A stretch of DNA of 64,000 nucleotides, from IMG/VR virus record IMGVR_UViG_3300017913_002030, positions 19,939 through 83,938 of that record, one strand, 5' to 3'. The translations under genes and the position numbers were made by a program. This stretch comes from a virus (lineage: Duplodnaviria; Caudoviricetes). How positions within the stretch are numbered: position 1 is the stretch's first letter; the number at the start of each line of letters is the position of its first letter. A model generated the notes under the pieces. The model saw only the letters and a program-made list of their open reading frames with translations, searched no databases and had not been told where the DNA came from. Below, one piece after another: positions 53,212-61,564 of this stretch.

Positions 53212-53483
53212 GCCTCCTTAGGCGCAAACAGTTTACCGAAACCTTCGACCAGAAGGTTGTAAGCGTAGACTTCGTATCTCCACTCATGGTCGAAATCGTA
53301 GTCGTCAGTCTCAAGAGCGGCAACTTCCGCAGCAGAATAACGCTTCTCAAAACCTTGAAGAGCGTCAAGGGTATCGTCAGTACCCATAAAATTCTTGATA
53401 ATACGCAGGGCTTGATTAAAGTCGATGCCTGCATCGCGCATCTCTTCAAGTTCGTATTCAGTTTGGTAAATCAATCGTGCCAT
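53208..53483 (-). CDS. Hypothetical early protein
   Basis: MARLIYQTEYE; leader follows a promoter. Confidence 0.7.
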   Translation of the reverse strand: MARLIYQTEYELEEMRDAGIDFNQALRIIKNFMGTDDTLDALQGFEKRYSAAEVAALETDDYDFDHEWRYEVYAYNLLVEGFGKLFAPKEA

Positions 53484-53518
53484 ATCAATTACTCTCTCTA
53501 TCATCAAATTACAGAGTA

Positions 53519-53593
53519 ATTATAGTTGTTTTTGAAACATGTGTCAACACTTATTTTGGAAATAAGTGAACTTTTTTTCGTTAATTTGTCACA
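53519..53593 (-). promoter_or_regulatory. Early sigma70 promoter TTGACA-17-TATAAT (perfect consensus) with upstream palindromes
   Basis: Hexamers at 53547-53542 and 53524-53519; CACTTATTT-TGG-AAATAAGTG at 53548-53568; CGTTA-N5-TCACA at 53579-53593. Confidence 0.85.
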
Positions 53594-54005
53594 TTTCTGG
53601 CAGGTGTTTCGCGTGGATCTTACAACCGATAAAGGCGTTGTAGTAGTCATCACGCAAGAGTACGTCGTACTCGAATTGGAGTTTTGCCTCGTAGTAGGAA
53701 CACTCGCCTTTGGTGCGGCAGAGTTTGAGGACTTCACGTTTGTAGTTGTCTGCGCCGCGGGATGCGACGGCTTCTTTGAGTTCCTGACTCGACCCGTAAT
53801 ATTTGGGCCAGTCGGATTGGACACGAGTCTTCACTTTGCGTTTGCGAGTCTTCGTGACGGGTAGGGTTTTAGGTTTCCAAAAGAACTTCTTACCGATATA
53901 CTTCATACCAGTATCCAGTTCAGTGATTTGGTAGACGAACCCTTGGTAGTCTTCTAGGAAGGTCTCTTCGGGTTCGAATATCTTGTCTTCATACAGCCAT
54001 GTCAT
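53589..54005 (-). CDS. GIY-YIG domain nuclease-like protein
   Basis: GFVYQIT...KYIGKK, W..YYGSS and YYEAK.QF...VL...YYN motifs. Confidence 0.8.
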   Translation of the reverse strand: MTWLYEDKIFEPEETFLEDYQGFVYQITELDTGMKYIGKKFFWKPKTLPVTKTRKRKVKTRVQSDWPKYYGSSQELKEAVASRGADNYKREVLKLCRTKGECSYYEAKLQFEYDVLLRDDYYNAFIGCKIHAKHLPEM

Positions 54006-54009
54006 GCAA

Positions 54010-54540
54010 CTATATAGAGTTGCTGTAAACCTCTATGAAGTGTGGTTCACCGTTTGCTACAGTCTTCGACCATTCCGCAGAGGCATCACCATCTGCTTGA
54101 TCACTGACGTATTTGTAACAACGGAACTCGACACCCATCTTTGCGCAAACCTTGGCGATTGCGTACGCCTCCATGTCTACGAGGTCAGCGGGAATCTCTA
54201 GATTTGGGTCAGAGACAAAGTTGTCTCCGGTACTGCACGTCAGACCGTCACCGTCTCCCAGAACGATACCTTGTTCGAACGGAGTCTGGCCTGGGTCACA
54301 ACCGATACCACCACACACCATGTCGCGTTGCACGAACTGTGTGACTTCGTGAATACCAGAGTCTACAGTAATACCACCCGCAGTACCAAAGTTCCATACC
54401 ACGTTAGGTTGATGTCTCTCAATCAACATCGCGGCAGTCATTGCCGCATTGACCTTACCGACACCAGTAAAGAACACATTGTCCCATCGAGACATGTTAG
54501 GTGTTTCTATCTCTAACGCCACTAGAATGATATCTGACAT
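54010..54540 (-). CDS. mtnN: 5'-methylthioadenosine/S-adenosylhomocysteine nucleosidase
   Basis: GVGKVNAA, NFGTAGG, STGDNFV, DMEAYAIA and KYVSDQAD motifs (PNP_UDP_1 fold). Confidence 0.85.
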   Translation of the reverse strand: MSDIILVALEIETPNMSRWDNVFFTGVGKVNAAMTAAMLIERHQPNVVWNFGTAGGITVDSGIHEVTQFVQRDMVCGGIGCDPGQTPFEQGIVLGDGDGLTCSTGDNFVSDPNLEIPADLVDMEAYAIAKVCAKMGVEFRCYKYVSDQADGDASAEWSKTVANGEPHFIEVYSNSI

Positions 54541-54541
54541 T

Positions 54542-55078
54542 TTATTCATCATAGGTCACTACAGAGTATGTTTTAATCTGTTGACCACGAAGACTTTCGG
54601 TGCCACCTAAGAATGCCAAATCGATAACACAGCCATAAGAGATTTTCGATACATCGAACGTCTGTAATAACTCTGCAATCGCAAGTGCCGTCCCGCCTGT
54701 CGCACTCACGTCATCAATGATGCATACCTGACTGTTCTTATTCAATGGCGCAGTTGTTTTAATTTCAAGCGTACGTGATGCATACTCACACTTATACTTT
54801 CTGGTCTTGACTGGTGGTGGTAATTTTCCTGGTTTACGAACAATATGAAGAGGAATGCCAAGATACAATGCGACGGGCGCGCCCCATAGAAATCCACGAG
54901 CGTCAGGTGCCACGATATCTGTATATCCTTTTCCTTCCATGAAATTCACGAGAGTACGAACACTTTGTTGAAATGCTCTAGGATTCTGTAAGAGACTGGT
55001 CACATCTTGAAAGTTAATTCCTTCTTCTGGCCAGTCTGGGACAGATTGTATTACCTGTTTTAAATTCATGTTACTCAT
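54542..55078 (-). CDS. apt: Adenine phosphoribosyltransferase
   Basis: VPDWPEEGINFQDVT, DARGFLWG, RKPGKLP and CIIDDVSATGGT (PRPP-binding) motifs. Confidence 0.92.
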   Translation of the reverse strand: MSNMNLKQVIQSVPDWPEEGINFQDVTSLLQNPRAFQQSVRTLVNFMEGKGYTDIVAPDARGFLWGAPVALYLGIPLHIVRKPGKLPPPVKTRKYKCEYASRTLEIKTTAPLNKNSQVCIIDDVSATGGTALAIAELLQTFDVSKISYGCVIDLAFLGGTESLRGQQIKTYSVVTYDE

Positions 55079-55208
55079 CTTCTATTGGTTGTGCATCGAC
55101 ATCACCACCGCACATAGGGCAATGACGTGGCAGTTCATCTTCGTAAAGAACACGAACTGCACTCTCGATATCACAAATTGGACACTCTATTGTATACTCT
55201 TTATCCAT
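55071..55208 (-). CDS. 45-aa zinc-ribbon protein (CPIC...CPMC)
   Basis: MDKEYTIECPICDIESAVRVLYEDELPRHCPMCGGDVDAQPIEDE; coupled to the nrdB stop. Confidence 0.7.
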   Translation of the reverse strand: MDKEYTIECPICDIESAVRVLYEDELPRHCPMCGGDVDAQPIEDE

Positions 55209-56182
55209 TACGCGACCTCTAGTTCAATCTCCTCCCAACCAAAGTCTTCGCCTTCCATGCCAACAACAGAATACTCTGTCACTCGTTTTTCAAAGAAGTT
55301 GTCGTGTGATGCTCCGTTGAGCACCCAGTCTAACCATGGTAGTGGATTCTTCTTCTGTTTAAACATAGGTTTAAGACCTAACTGAAGCAGGCGACGATCA
55401 GCGATATGTCTTATATAGTCGCGCACTTCTTTCTTAGTTAGACCCTGTACCTCATTACCTTTAAATGCAAGTTGAATAAACTTCTCTTCTAACTTGACTG
55501 CATTTTCAGCCATTTGATAAATCTTTGACTTGAGTTCGTCGTTCACGATGCGAGGATGTTCCTCACAGAACTCACGAAACAACTTTGAGTTACCTTGTAC
55601 GTGGATGGTCTCATCACGGATGGACCACTCGACGATTGTTGCCATGCCTTTCATTCGACCAAATCTCTGAAAGTTTAGCAACATAACAAACGATGCAAAG
55701 ACAGACATGCCTTCGTTAAACACCGACTGTGCCAATGCGAGCGCCAGTCCAGTGTGAGAGTTCGTTTCACCCTCTTTCATAAAATCAATCTTGTCTGCCA
55801 TTTCTTTATACTCTAGAAACTTGTGAAAGTCTTCGTCCGGCAGACCAAGTGTATCATTAAGAAGCGCATACGCACGTTGGTGTACTGCTTCTCGTGCCGC
55901 AAACGATGATAGCATGTTGCGGACTTCGTTGTTCTTGAACTTTGGAATTAATAGTTCGTGGTAGTTTTCACCTACCTGTACGTCTGACTGCGTGAATAGT
56001 CGCAGTACGTGAGTAATAAATTCTTTTTCAGACTCCGTCAGTTTTGTTTTCCAGTCTTGAACATCTTCTGACAGTTCTGCTTCATCTTCAATCCAGTGTA
56101 TTTCCTCATGTTTCTTTGATAGTTCAACCGCCCAAGGGTACTTGAACGGCTTGTATGTTTCCGATGTTTTTAGTAATGACAT
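55208..56182 (-). CDS. nrdB: Ribonucleotide reductase class Ia beta subunit
   Basis: FTQSDVQV, REAVHQRAY, EGMSVFASF, IRDETIH and NFFEKRVTEY motifs. Confidence 0.96.
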   Translation of the reverse strand: MSLLKTSETYKPFKYPWAVELSKKHEEIHWIEDEAELSEDVQDWKTKLTESEKEFITHVLRLFTQSDVQVGENYHELLIPKFKNNEVRNMLSSFAAREAVHQRAYALLNDTLGLPDEDFHKFLEYKEMADKIDFMKEGETNSHTGLALALAQSVFNEGMSVFASFVMLLNFQRFGRMKGMATIVEWSIRDETIHVQGNSKLFREFCEEHPRIVNDELKSKIYQMAENAVKLEEKFIQLAFKGNEVQGLTKKEVRDYIRHIADRRLLQLGLKPMFKQKKNPLPWLDWVLNGASHDNFFEKRVTEYSVVGMEGEDFGWEEIELEVA

Positions 56183-56207
56183 ACTAATCCTTTATTTGAA
56201 TTGTTTA

Positions 56208-58202
56208 TTAACCCTCGCAGGCTCGACACTCATCGTCACCTTGTGTAGGTTCGTACTCCACTTCACCCTTTAGATGCATCATAAGATCATCATATCCGCC
56301 GACATATTTGCCATTTAGATAAATTTGAGGAACTGTTGTGACTTTTCTTCCTGTAACCTCTGCGGCAGACTTCTTTATCTCCTCAAGGTCAACATAGTCA
56401 TATTCTATGCCGCGTAGTAACAGTTCCTCTGCGGCCATCTTACAATACGGACAATCTTTTTTGCCGTAAAGTATTGAGCGATTATCATCTTGCAATGCAA
56501 CTCGCTCTACTTTGTCTGATACAGTTTCAGCACGAGACTTTGCCTCAGTACGTAAATAGTATAGACCTTTCAATCCTTGTCGCCACGCGTTGAAATGCAC
56601 CTTATTAACATATCGTTTAGGTGCACCCGACGGGAAGAAAAGATTGACCGACTGACCTTGACAGATGTACGGTTGTCTGTCAGCCGCATGTGCCACTACC
56701 CAGTTCTGATCCAGTTCTTGAGCAGTCTTAAAGACTGCCTTCTCACCTTCATTCAAGAACGGCAGGTGTTGAACTGATCCCTTGCGGGTAATGATGCTAG
56801 ACCACGTAGATTCGTTGTCCTGACGCTTCTCTTTAAGAAGCGCTTCAAGATACGAGTTCTTCACCAAAAACGAACCTGCGCGAGTTCTATGCGTATAAGC
56901 ACATGCCTTCAATGGTTCAATCGATGGTGACGTGGATAAGATGACTCCTGACGACGCGTTAGGTGCTATTGCTAATAGATGGGCATTGCGCATCCCTGAA
57001 CCTAAACCGTCTGAGTATTCACCCCGCTCTTTCGCAAGGAGTCTTGATTCTTCTTTTGCTTCGTGATTGATATGCTCAAACACGACCTTATTTATTTCTC
57101 GGGCCTTGTCTGATTCCCAAGCAACAAAGTGTTTCTGTAGGAGTGAGTGGAAACCCATCGCTCCAAGTCCAATGCTTCTTTCTCTCTCTGCCGAATAACG
57201 GGCGCGGGAAATACTATCAGGCGCATTGTCGATGAAGTATTGGAGAACGTTATCCAACATACGAACAAGATCACGCACGATATTAGTGTCTTTCCATTCA
57301 TCATAGTATTCCAAATTCAGTGACGATAAACAGCATACGGCAGTTCTATCTGGTCCCGTAGGCAAGTGTATCTCATTACATAGATTCGACCCGTGAATCT
57401 TAAGTCCCTTCTCCTTCAGAGGCATTGGTAGTGCACGATTCGCCGTGTCAATAAAGTTTAGGTATGGTTCGCCTGTACGGAACCGCACCTCTAGGATTCT
57501 TTCCCACAACTTACGTGCGTTGACCGTGTCTTTGACGATATCGTCTTTCGGGTCGCGCAGATCGAAGTCTGTGTTGTTGATCACCGCCGCCATAAACTCA
57601 TCGGTGATATTGATTGCGTTGTGTAGGTTCAGTGCCTTACGTTGCACGTCACCCGTGGGAATACGAATATTCAGAAACTCAATGATGTCTGGGTGTGAGA
57701 CATCTAGATACGCCGCATAAGACCCTTTACGCGTCTTACCCTGACGATATGCAATCATGTCTGCATCAACCGTGTGTAGAAAAGGAATCGGACCTGGTGC
57801 GATGTCAGAGACAGTACGCACGTCACCCCAGTGACCACCAACTCCGCCACCCATAACAGACAACCAGCGTAATTCACTAGAATGCTCAATCAATCCATCT
57901 AGTGTATCTGGTACGTAGGTTAGAAAGCATGAGATTGGAAGACCACGCGTCTTTGCGCCTTCTTTGGGCGCATTAGATAGTACAGGTGATGCAAACATGA
58001 ACCACTTCTTACTGACATATTCGTAAAGACGTTGCGCCAGATAAGGATCCATCTCATCTTTATATACTGACCATGCCTCTGCTGCTCGGGCGTATGCATC
58101 TTGAGGAGAGTCTTCTCCTTCGATCATATAAAAATCTTTTAACATCCCAACTGCGTAGTCAGTCAGTAGATCGTCGCGATCATAGTTCACTTCAACATTC
58201 AT
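56208..58202 (-). CDS. nrdA: Ribonucleotide reductase class Ia alpha subunit, no ATP cone, glutaredoxin domain inserted before the C-terminal CxxC
   Basis: PISCF, GSNLCNEI, CCLSSLN, APNASS and GLYYLR motifs; then KDCPYC...TVPQIYLNGKYVGGYDDL; ends ECRACEG. Confidence 0.96.
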   Translation of the reverse strand: MNVEVNYDRDDLLTDYAVGMLKDFYMIEGEDSPQDAYARAAEAWSVYKDEMDPYLAQRLYEYVSKKWFMFASPVLSNAPKEGAKTRGLPISCFLTYVPDTLDGLIEHSSELRWLSVMGGGVGGHWGDVRTVSDIAPGPIPFLHTVDADMIAYRQGKTRKGSYAAYLDVSHPDIIEFLNIRIPTGDVQRKALNLHNAINITDEFMAAVINNTDFDLRDPKDDIVKDTVNARKLWERILEVRFRTGEPYLNFIDTANRALPMPLKEKGLKIHGSNLCNEIHLPTGPDRTAVCCLSSLNLEYYDEWKDTNIVRDLVRMLDNVLQYFIDNAPDSISRARYSAERERSIGLGAMGFHSLLQKHFVAWESDKAREINKVVFEHINHEAKEESRLLAKERGEYSDGLGSGMRNAHLLAIAPNASSGVILSTSPSIEPLKACAYTHRTRAGSFLVKNSYLEALLKEKRQDNESTWSSIITRKGSVQHLPFLNEGEKAVFKTAQELDQNWVVAHAADRQPYICQGQSVNLFFPSGAPKRYVNKVHFNAWRQGLKGLYYLRTEAKSRAETVSDKVERVALQDDNRSILYGKKDCPYCKMAAEELLLRGIEYDYVDLEEIKKSAAEVTGRKVTTVPQIYLNGKYVGGYDDLMMHLKGEVEYEPTQGDDECRACEG

Positions 58203-58225
58203 AACTATCCAATTATTTGTATTCT

Positions 58226-58672
58226 CTATAGAGAGAAGTATCCACTCTCAAGTATTTTAGGTGCAATCGCATTATAATGATTTATATCTTTCAAATAGTA
58301 GATATGATCAGCAGCCTTTGCCCACAATCCTGTTTTTGGTTCATTCGAATGAACCTTGTACCATCTTTGTAACCATTCTTCAGGTGAATCTGGATCTCTC
58401 TTGACTGAATGACTCACCCACTTTAAATACTGTTCTTGCGTTACAATAGAAACATCAAGATGAACGCCTTTATCTACACATTGTGTCTTCGCACGTTTCC
58501 ATCTACTACCCATTGTAGTATCTATAGTTTCTGAGACTATTATTAGGTAAACTGTGTCATCTCTAACTGAACAATACCGAACAGTATACTCTTCAAATAG
58601 TGATTTGTCAAGACACATGATCACATCATACGCGATAGAGTTGCCCTTTAAGTTGTTCAGTACCGCGACCAT
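58226..58672 (-). CDS. Hypothetical protein
   Basis: 148-aa ORF. Confidence 0.6.
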   Translation of the reverse strand: MVAVLNNLKGNSIAYDVIMCLDKSLFEEYTVRYCSVRDDTVYLIIVSETIDTTMGSRWKRAKTQCVDKGVHLDVSIVTQEQYLKWVSHSVKRDPDSPEEWLQRWYKVHSNEPKTGLWAKAADHIYYLKDINHYNAIAPKILESGYFSL

Positions 58673-58674
58673 AT

Positions 58675-59010
58675 TTACTTTGAATAATCGTAAAAGGGTT
58701 CATCTTCTTTGTACTCATAACTTTCTATGAGCATCTGTTTACCAGTTTCCCAAAACTTTTTGCAGCAGGCCTCGATATACTCTTCTCTTTCTTCAGAGTC
58801 AAAGAGGCCCTCCCACAACATATGGTTATGGAATGAATCTTTGGGATTTGTAACTAGAAATCTATCGGCCGACAGATCAGTGCCTTCGTATCCTTTTAGA
58901 GCCACATAGATTAGATCCGACTCTGTATACGATGATGTTATCGATGAAGTGTCTTCATTAGTTGTTTCTAAAACAACAATTTTGTACTCTACAAAGTCTA
59001 CGATCTTCAT
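58675..59010 (-). CDS. Hypothetical protein
   Basis: FHNHMLWEGLFDSEEREEYI...FWE motif; TTTACA-17-TATAAT promoter candidate at 59066-59038. Confidence 0.7.
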   Translation of the reverse strand: MKIVDFVEYKIVVLETTNEDTSSITSSYTESDLIYVALKGYEGTDLSADRFLVTNPKDSFHNHMLWEGLFDSEEREEYIEACCKKFWETGKQMLIESYEYKEDEPFYDYSK

Positions 59011-59074
59011 GGTAAGAAACTCTTATTTGAACGTAGAATTATATAGTATTATAGAGATTTTGTAAATGGGTATT

Positions 59075-59242
59075 TTAAGAGTTTTTTGGTAAAATTCTTC
59101 TTAAAATCTTGACAGCATCTTTGCGTTTATTTTTGCGGTCATATTTCTTACGAACTATAACTGTATTCTGAATACCAGTGCTACTTGTATTGTTTGCAAT
59201 CTCTTCGTCAAACTGTCGCATGAACTCTTTATATGTTTTCAT
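59075..59242 (-). CDS. 55-aa basic protein with a capsid-targeting-like N-terminus (MKTYKEFMRQFDEE)
   Basis: ATGA coupling; N-terminus resembles T4 internal-protein targeting peptides. Confidence 0.65.
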   Translation of the reverse strand: MKTYKEFMRQFDEEIANNTSSTGIQNTVIVRKKYDRKNKRKDAVKILRRILPKNS

Positions 59243-59832
59243 TTTTTGATCTCATTTGCAGAAAACAATACTCTTTTTCCCGAACGTACGTGGGTGCCTT
59301 CGTACACAGAAATGCCTAAAATGTCATGACAAAAATTTTTCTCAAAAACACGAATTTGATCGTCTGCGCGAATAATATCATCACCAGTGTCGGTGATAGA
59401 ATCGTATCTCATTCGGTACGTGCCTTCACCTAATTCGCCATTATCAAGAACATACCACTTAGAATTTTCCATCAATACATCTAAGATATCGACACCAGTA
59501 TTCTCATGAATTTTTTGTAAATTCTTATCAGTTAGATTTCCGTGTTCTTTGATAAGTGCCAGTGCAGCACCATAACGAGCAACAATAGAAGTGCCGCCAG
59601 GGGCCTTGGCCATGAGTTTCTTTAAATTGAACACGAGGCGATGAAACGCTGTATAATGAGATCGATATGCATCTCTATTATCCATAGTGTCCATAGAGAA
59701 ATCTTTTCGTTTCTTACCATCTTCGTCGATAATGCCTGCCTTAAATGCCTCAGTATCTTCGAACGGAGTGACGAGCAGTTTCAAGAACCGAATTGTATAA
59801 ACGACATCTGCTGCCGACTTTAAGATTCCCAT
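59239..59832 (-). CDS. Conserved T4-like phage hypothetical protein
   Basis: AADVVYTIRFLKLLVTPFEDTEAFKAGIIDEDG...YTAFHRLVFNLKKL. Confidence 0.85.
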   Translation of the reverse strand: MGILKSAADVVYTIRFLKLLVTPFEDTEAFKAGIIDEDGKKRKDFSMDTMDNRDAYRSHYTAFHRLVFNLKKLMAKAPGGTSIVARYGAALALIKEHGNLTDKNLQKIHENTGVDILDVLMENSKWYVLDNGELGEGTYRMRYDSITDTGDDIIRADDQIRVFEKNFCHDILGISVYEGTHVRSGKRVLFSANEIKK

Positions 59833-60188
59833 CTGAGTTCTCTCAATTTACTTACTACGTATTTATCCATTTGTATGCCAGTGATATCATCATTTGATAT
59901 TGCCCGAAGAAAAATCAAAAACGGTTTAAGAGTAGGCCACTGTTCAAGTGGTATCTTGAACGCTAACATTTCCACTCCCGCCTCATGACCGAAGACATTA
60001 AAAATTACTATGAGATGATTTAATATCAATCTCTCTGCAAGTTCGCCTTTTTCATGATAGCGATTAATCAGACGTTTGACGTACTTAAATCTCTTGAGAT
60101 CGTCGAAGAATTCTTCGCCATCTATGTGCTTGGGATTGTAGTAATTTTTAGCAGCGTATACAATCAAATTATTTTTGTTTAACTTCAT
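59820..60188 (-). CDS. Conserved T4-like phage hypothetical protein
   Basis: YAAKNYYNP...EFFDDLKRFKYVKRL...RLILNHLIVIFNVFG. Confidence 0.85.
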   Translation of the reverse strand: MKLNKNNLIVYAAKNYYNPKHIDGEEFFDDLKRFKYVKRLINRYHEKGELAERLILNHLIVIFNVFGHEAGVEMLAFKIPLEQWPTLKPFLIFLRAISNDDITGIQMDKYVVSKLRELRWES

Positions 60189-60224
60189 AATATTCTACCA
60201 ACAAGTTGATTTTATTTAGTTAAA

Positions 60225-60255
60225 CAAAAAAGCCCGTAGATGACTACAGGCCTTT
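60225..60255 (-). terminator. Intrinsic terminator
   Basis: AAAGGCCTGTAG-TCAT-CTACGGGCTTT-TTTG. Confidence 0.75.
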
Positions 60256-60277
60256 ATATGAATTACAGTAAAGATAA

Positions 60278-61126
60278 TTACTTCTTGACTGGATTTATGA
60301 CGTTCTTGTCACCGTTTGACAAATTGTCAGCACCACTACGAGCAGGTGCCTGTTTCATGTCTTTTCCACCAGCCTTGAACGTTTTAGTGTGACCATCTTC
60401 TTCGTTGTCTTCAATTTTCTTATCAGACTTCTTGTGTTGAGCAATAACTTTCTTGTCATGCTCAGATGAATGATCGTCATACTTTTCTGGAGCAGTCGCG
60501 CCCTTTTTAGGGTCCATTGCCTCAGCCATTTCTGACCACATCTTCTCAAAGTCCGAACGAAGATCTAAACTCTCAATCTTAGAAATTTCAGATTTCTTGC
60601 CGGCAGTTTTTGGATTTTTCTTGATAGGATCTTCACCATCTTTTGCGTCGATCGCATCGTCCGTTGCCGCACGACGCTTGTGTAAGTATTCGTCAGAAGA
60701 ATCTACATCACCGTCATTGTCGATGTCCTTATCCTTACGATCTTTGAACTTCTTATCATTCTCTTTATCGTCTACTGGGTCAAGTTTCTTTTCTGATACT
60801 TCATGATAACCTTTGTTATCACAGTGATCACAGCCTTCACCTTCGCACTTAGAACACTCTTCTTGACCTTCCTTGTAGTGCTTCTTGCCACATGCTTCGT
60901 CTAGTTCTTCTTCGACTTCTTCATTGACAGTGCCGCTCTTTCTCAAGAAGGCTGTTACCCCAATCGCCTTGGCACCTTTGATACCGTTCGCAGCGAGTGC
61001 CTTCTTAATAGTGCCCATACTATATGGACCCATATTACCGATTTTCTTTTCTTCTAGATTTTCCTCTGACTGAGGCTCGGAGACCATTCCCAAATATGCC
61101 TCCATAATTTTATTGATATCTGACAT
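60278..61126 (-). CDS. Charged low-complexity head/internal protein with a DxDxDG motif
   Basis: DKDIDNDGDVDSSDEYLHKRRAA; multiple x-x-E junctions. Confidence 0.7.
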   Translation of the reverse strand: MSDINKIMEAYLGMVSEPQSEENLEEKKIGNMGPYSMGTIKKALAANGIKGAKAIGVTAFLRKSGTVNEEVEEELDEACGKKHYKEGQEECSKCEGEGCDHCDNKGYHEVSEKKLDPVDDKENDKKFKDRKDKDIDNDGDVDSSDEYLHKRRAATDDAIDAKDGEDPIKKNPKTAGKKSEISKIESLDLRSDFEKMWSEMAEAMDPKKGATAPEKYDDHSSEHDKKVIAQHKKSDKKIEDNEEDGHTKTFKAGGKDMKQAPARSGADNLSNGDKNVINPVKK

Positions 61127-61145
61127 CATAGTCTCCGTTAATTAA

Positions 61146-61454
61146 TTACGCATCAAAAAACATTTTGATGAATACACCAGCAAAGACTGTCGCAGATAAT
61201 GTAATGATGTATTGCATTACTTTCACAGTCTTACCTTGCTCCTGAACGTTATCCTCGATTTCGTCCATTCTTTGAGAGAAACGATTCATACGTTCGAAAT
61301 GTTGTTGATTTGCCTTTTCAATGTTTATAAGCTTTTCTTCTGCCCTTGCAAGATCAATCATTGCATCGGAAAGCTTGTCTATTTTGTCCTCAATTCTTGC
61401 GAGGCGTTGCTCTTCACGTTGCACATGCTCTTGTAGGATATCTTTGTCTGCCAT
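61146..61454 (-). CDS. Coiled-coil protein with a C-terminal TM segment (haemolysin XhlA/holin-like architecture)
   Basis: RLARIEDKIDKLSDAMIDLARAEE...YIITLSATVFAGVFI. Confidence 0.7.
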   Translation of the reverse strand: MADKDILQEHVQREEQRLARIEDKIDKLSDAMIDLARAEEKLINIEKANQQHFERMNRFSQRMDEIEDNVQEQGKTVKVMQYIITLSATVFAGVFIKMFFDA

Positions 61455-61548
61455 GTTCGATCAGCCCATTAGTATTGATTATATAAGTCATACGAAAAAT
61501 TATATTATGTTAATGTAATTATTCTGACTTATGGTTAAGGTTTGTGTT

Positions 61549-61556
61549 TATTTATA
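61549..61556 (-). promoter_or_regulatory. Late promoter TATAAATA
   Basis: Exact consensus upstream of 61454. Confidence 0.65.
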
Positions 61557-61564
61557 ACAATCAA

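Noticed and set aside
55208-58202. Introns or inteins in nrdA/nrdB, as in T4
   Set aside because: Both frames are continuous and of normal length apart from the Grx insertion; no intein C1/HN motifs.
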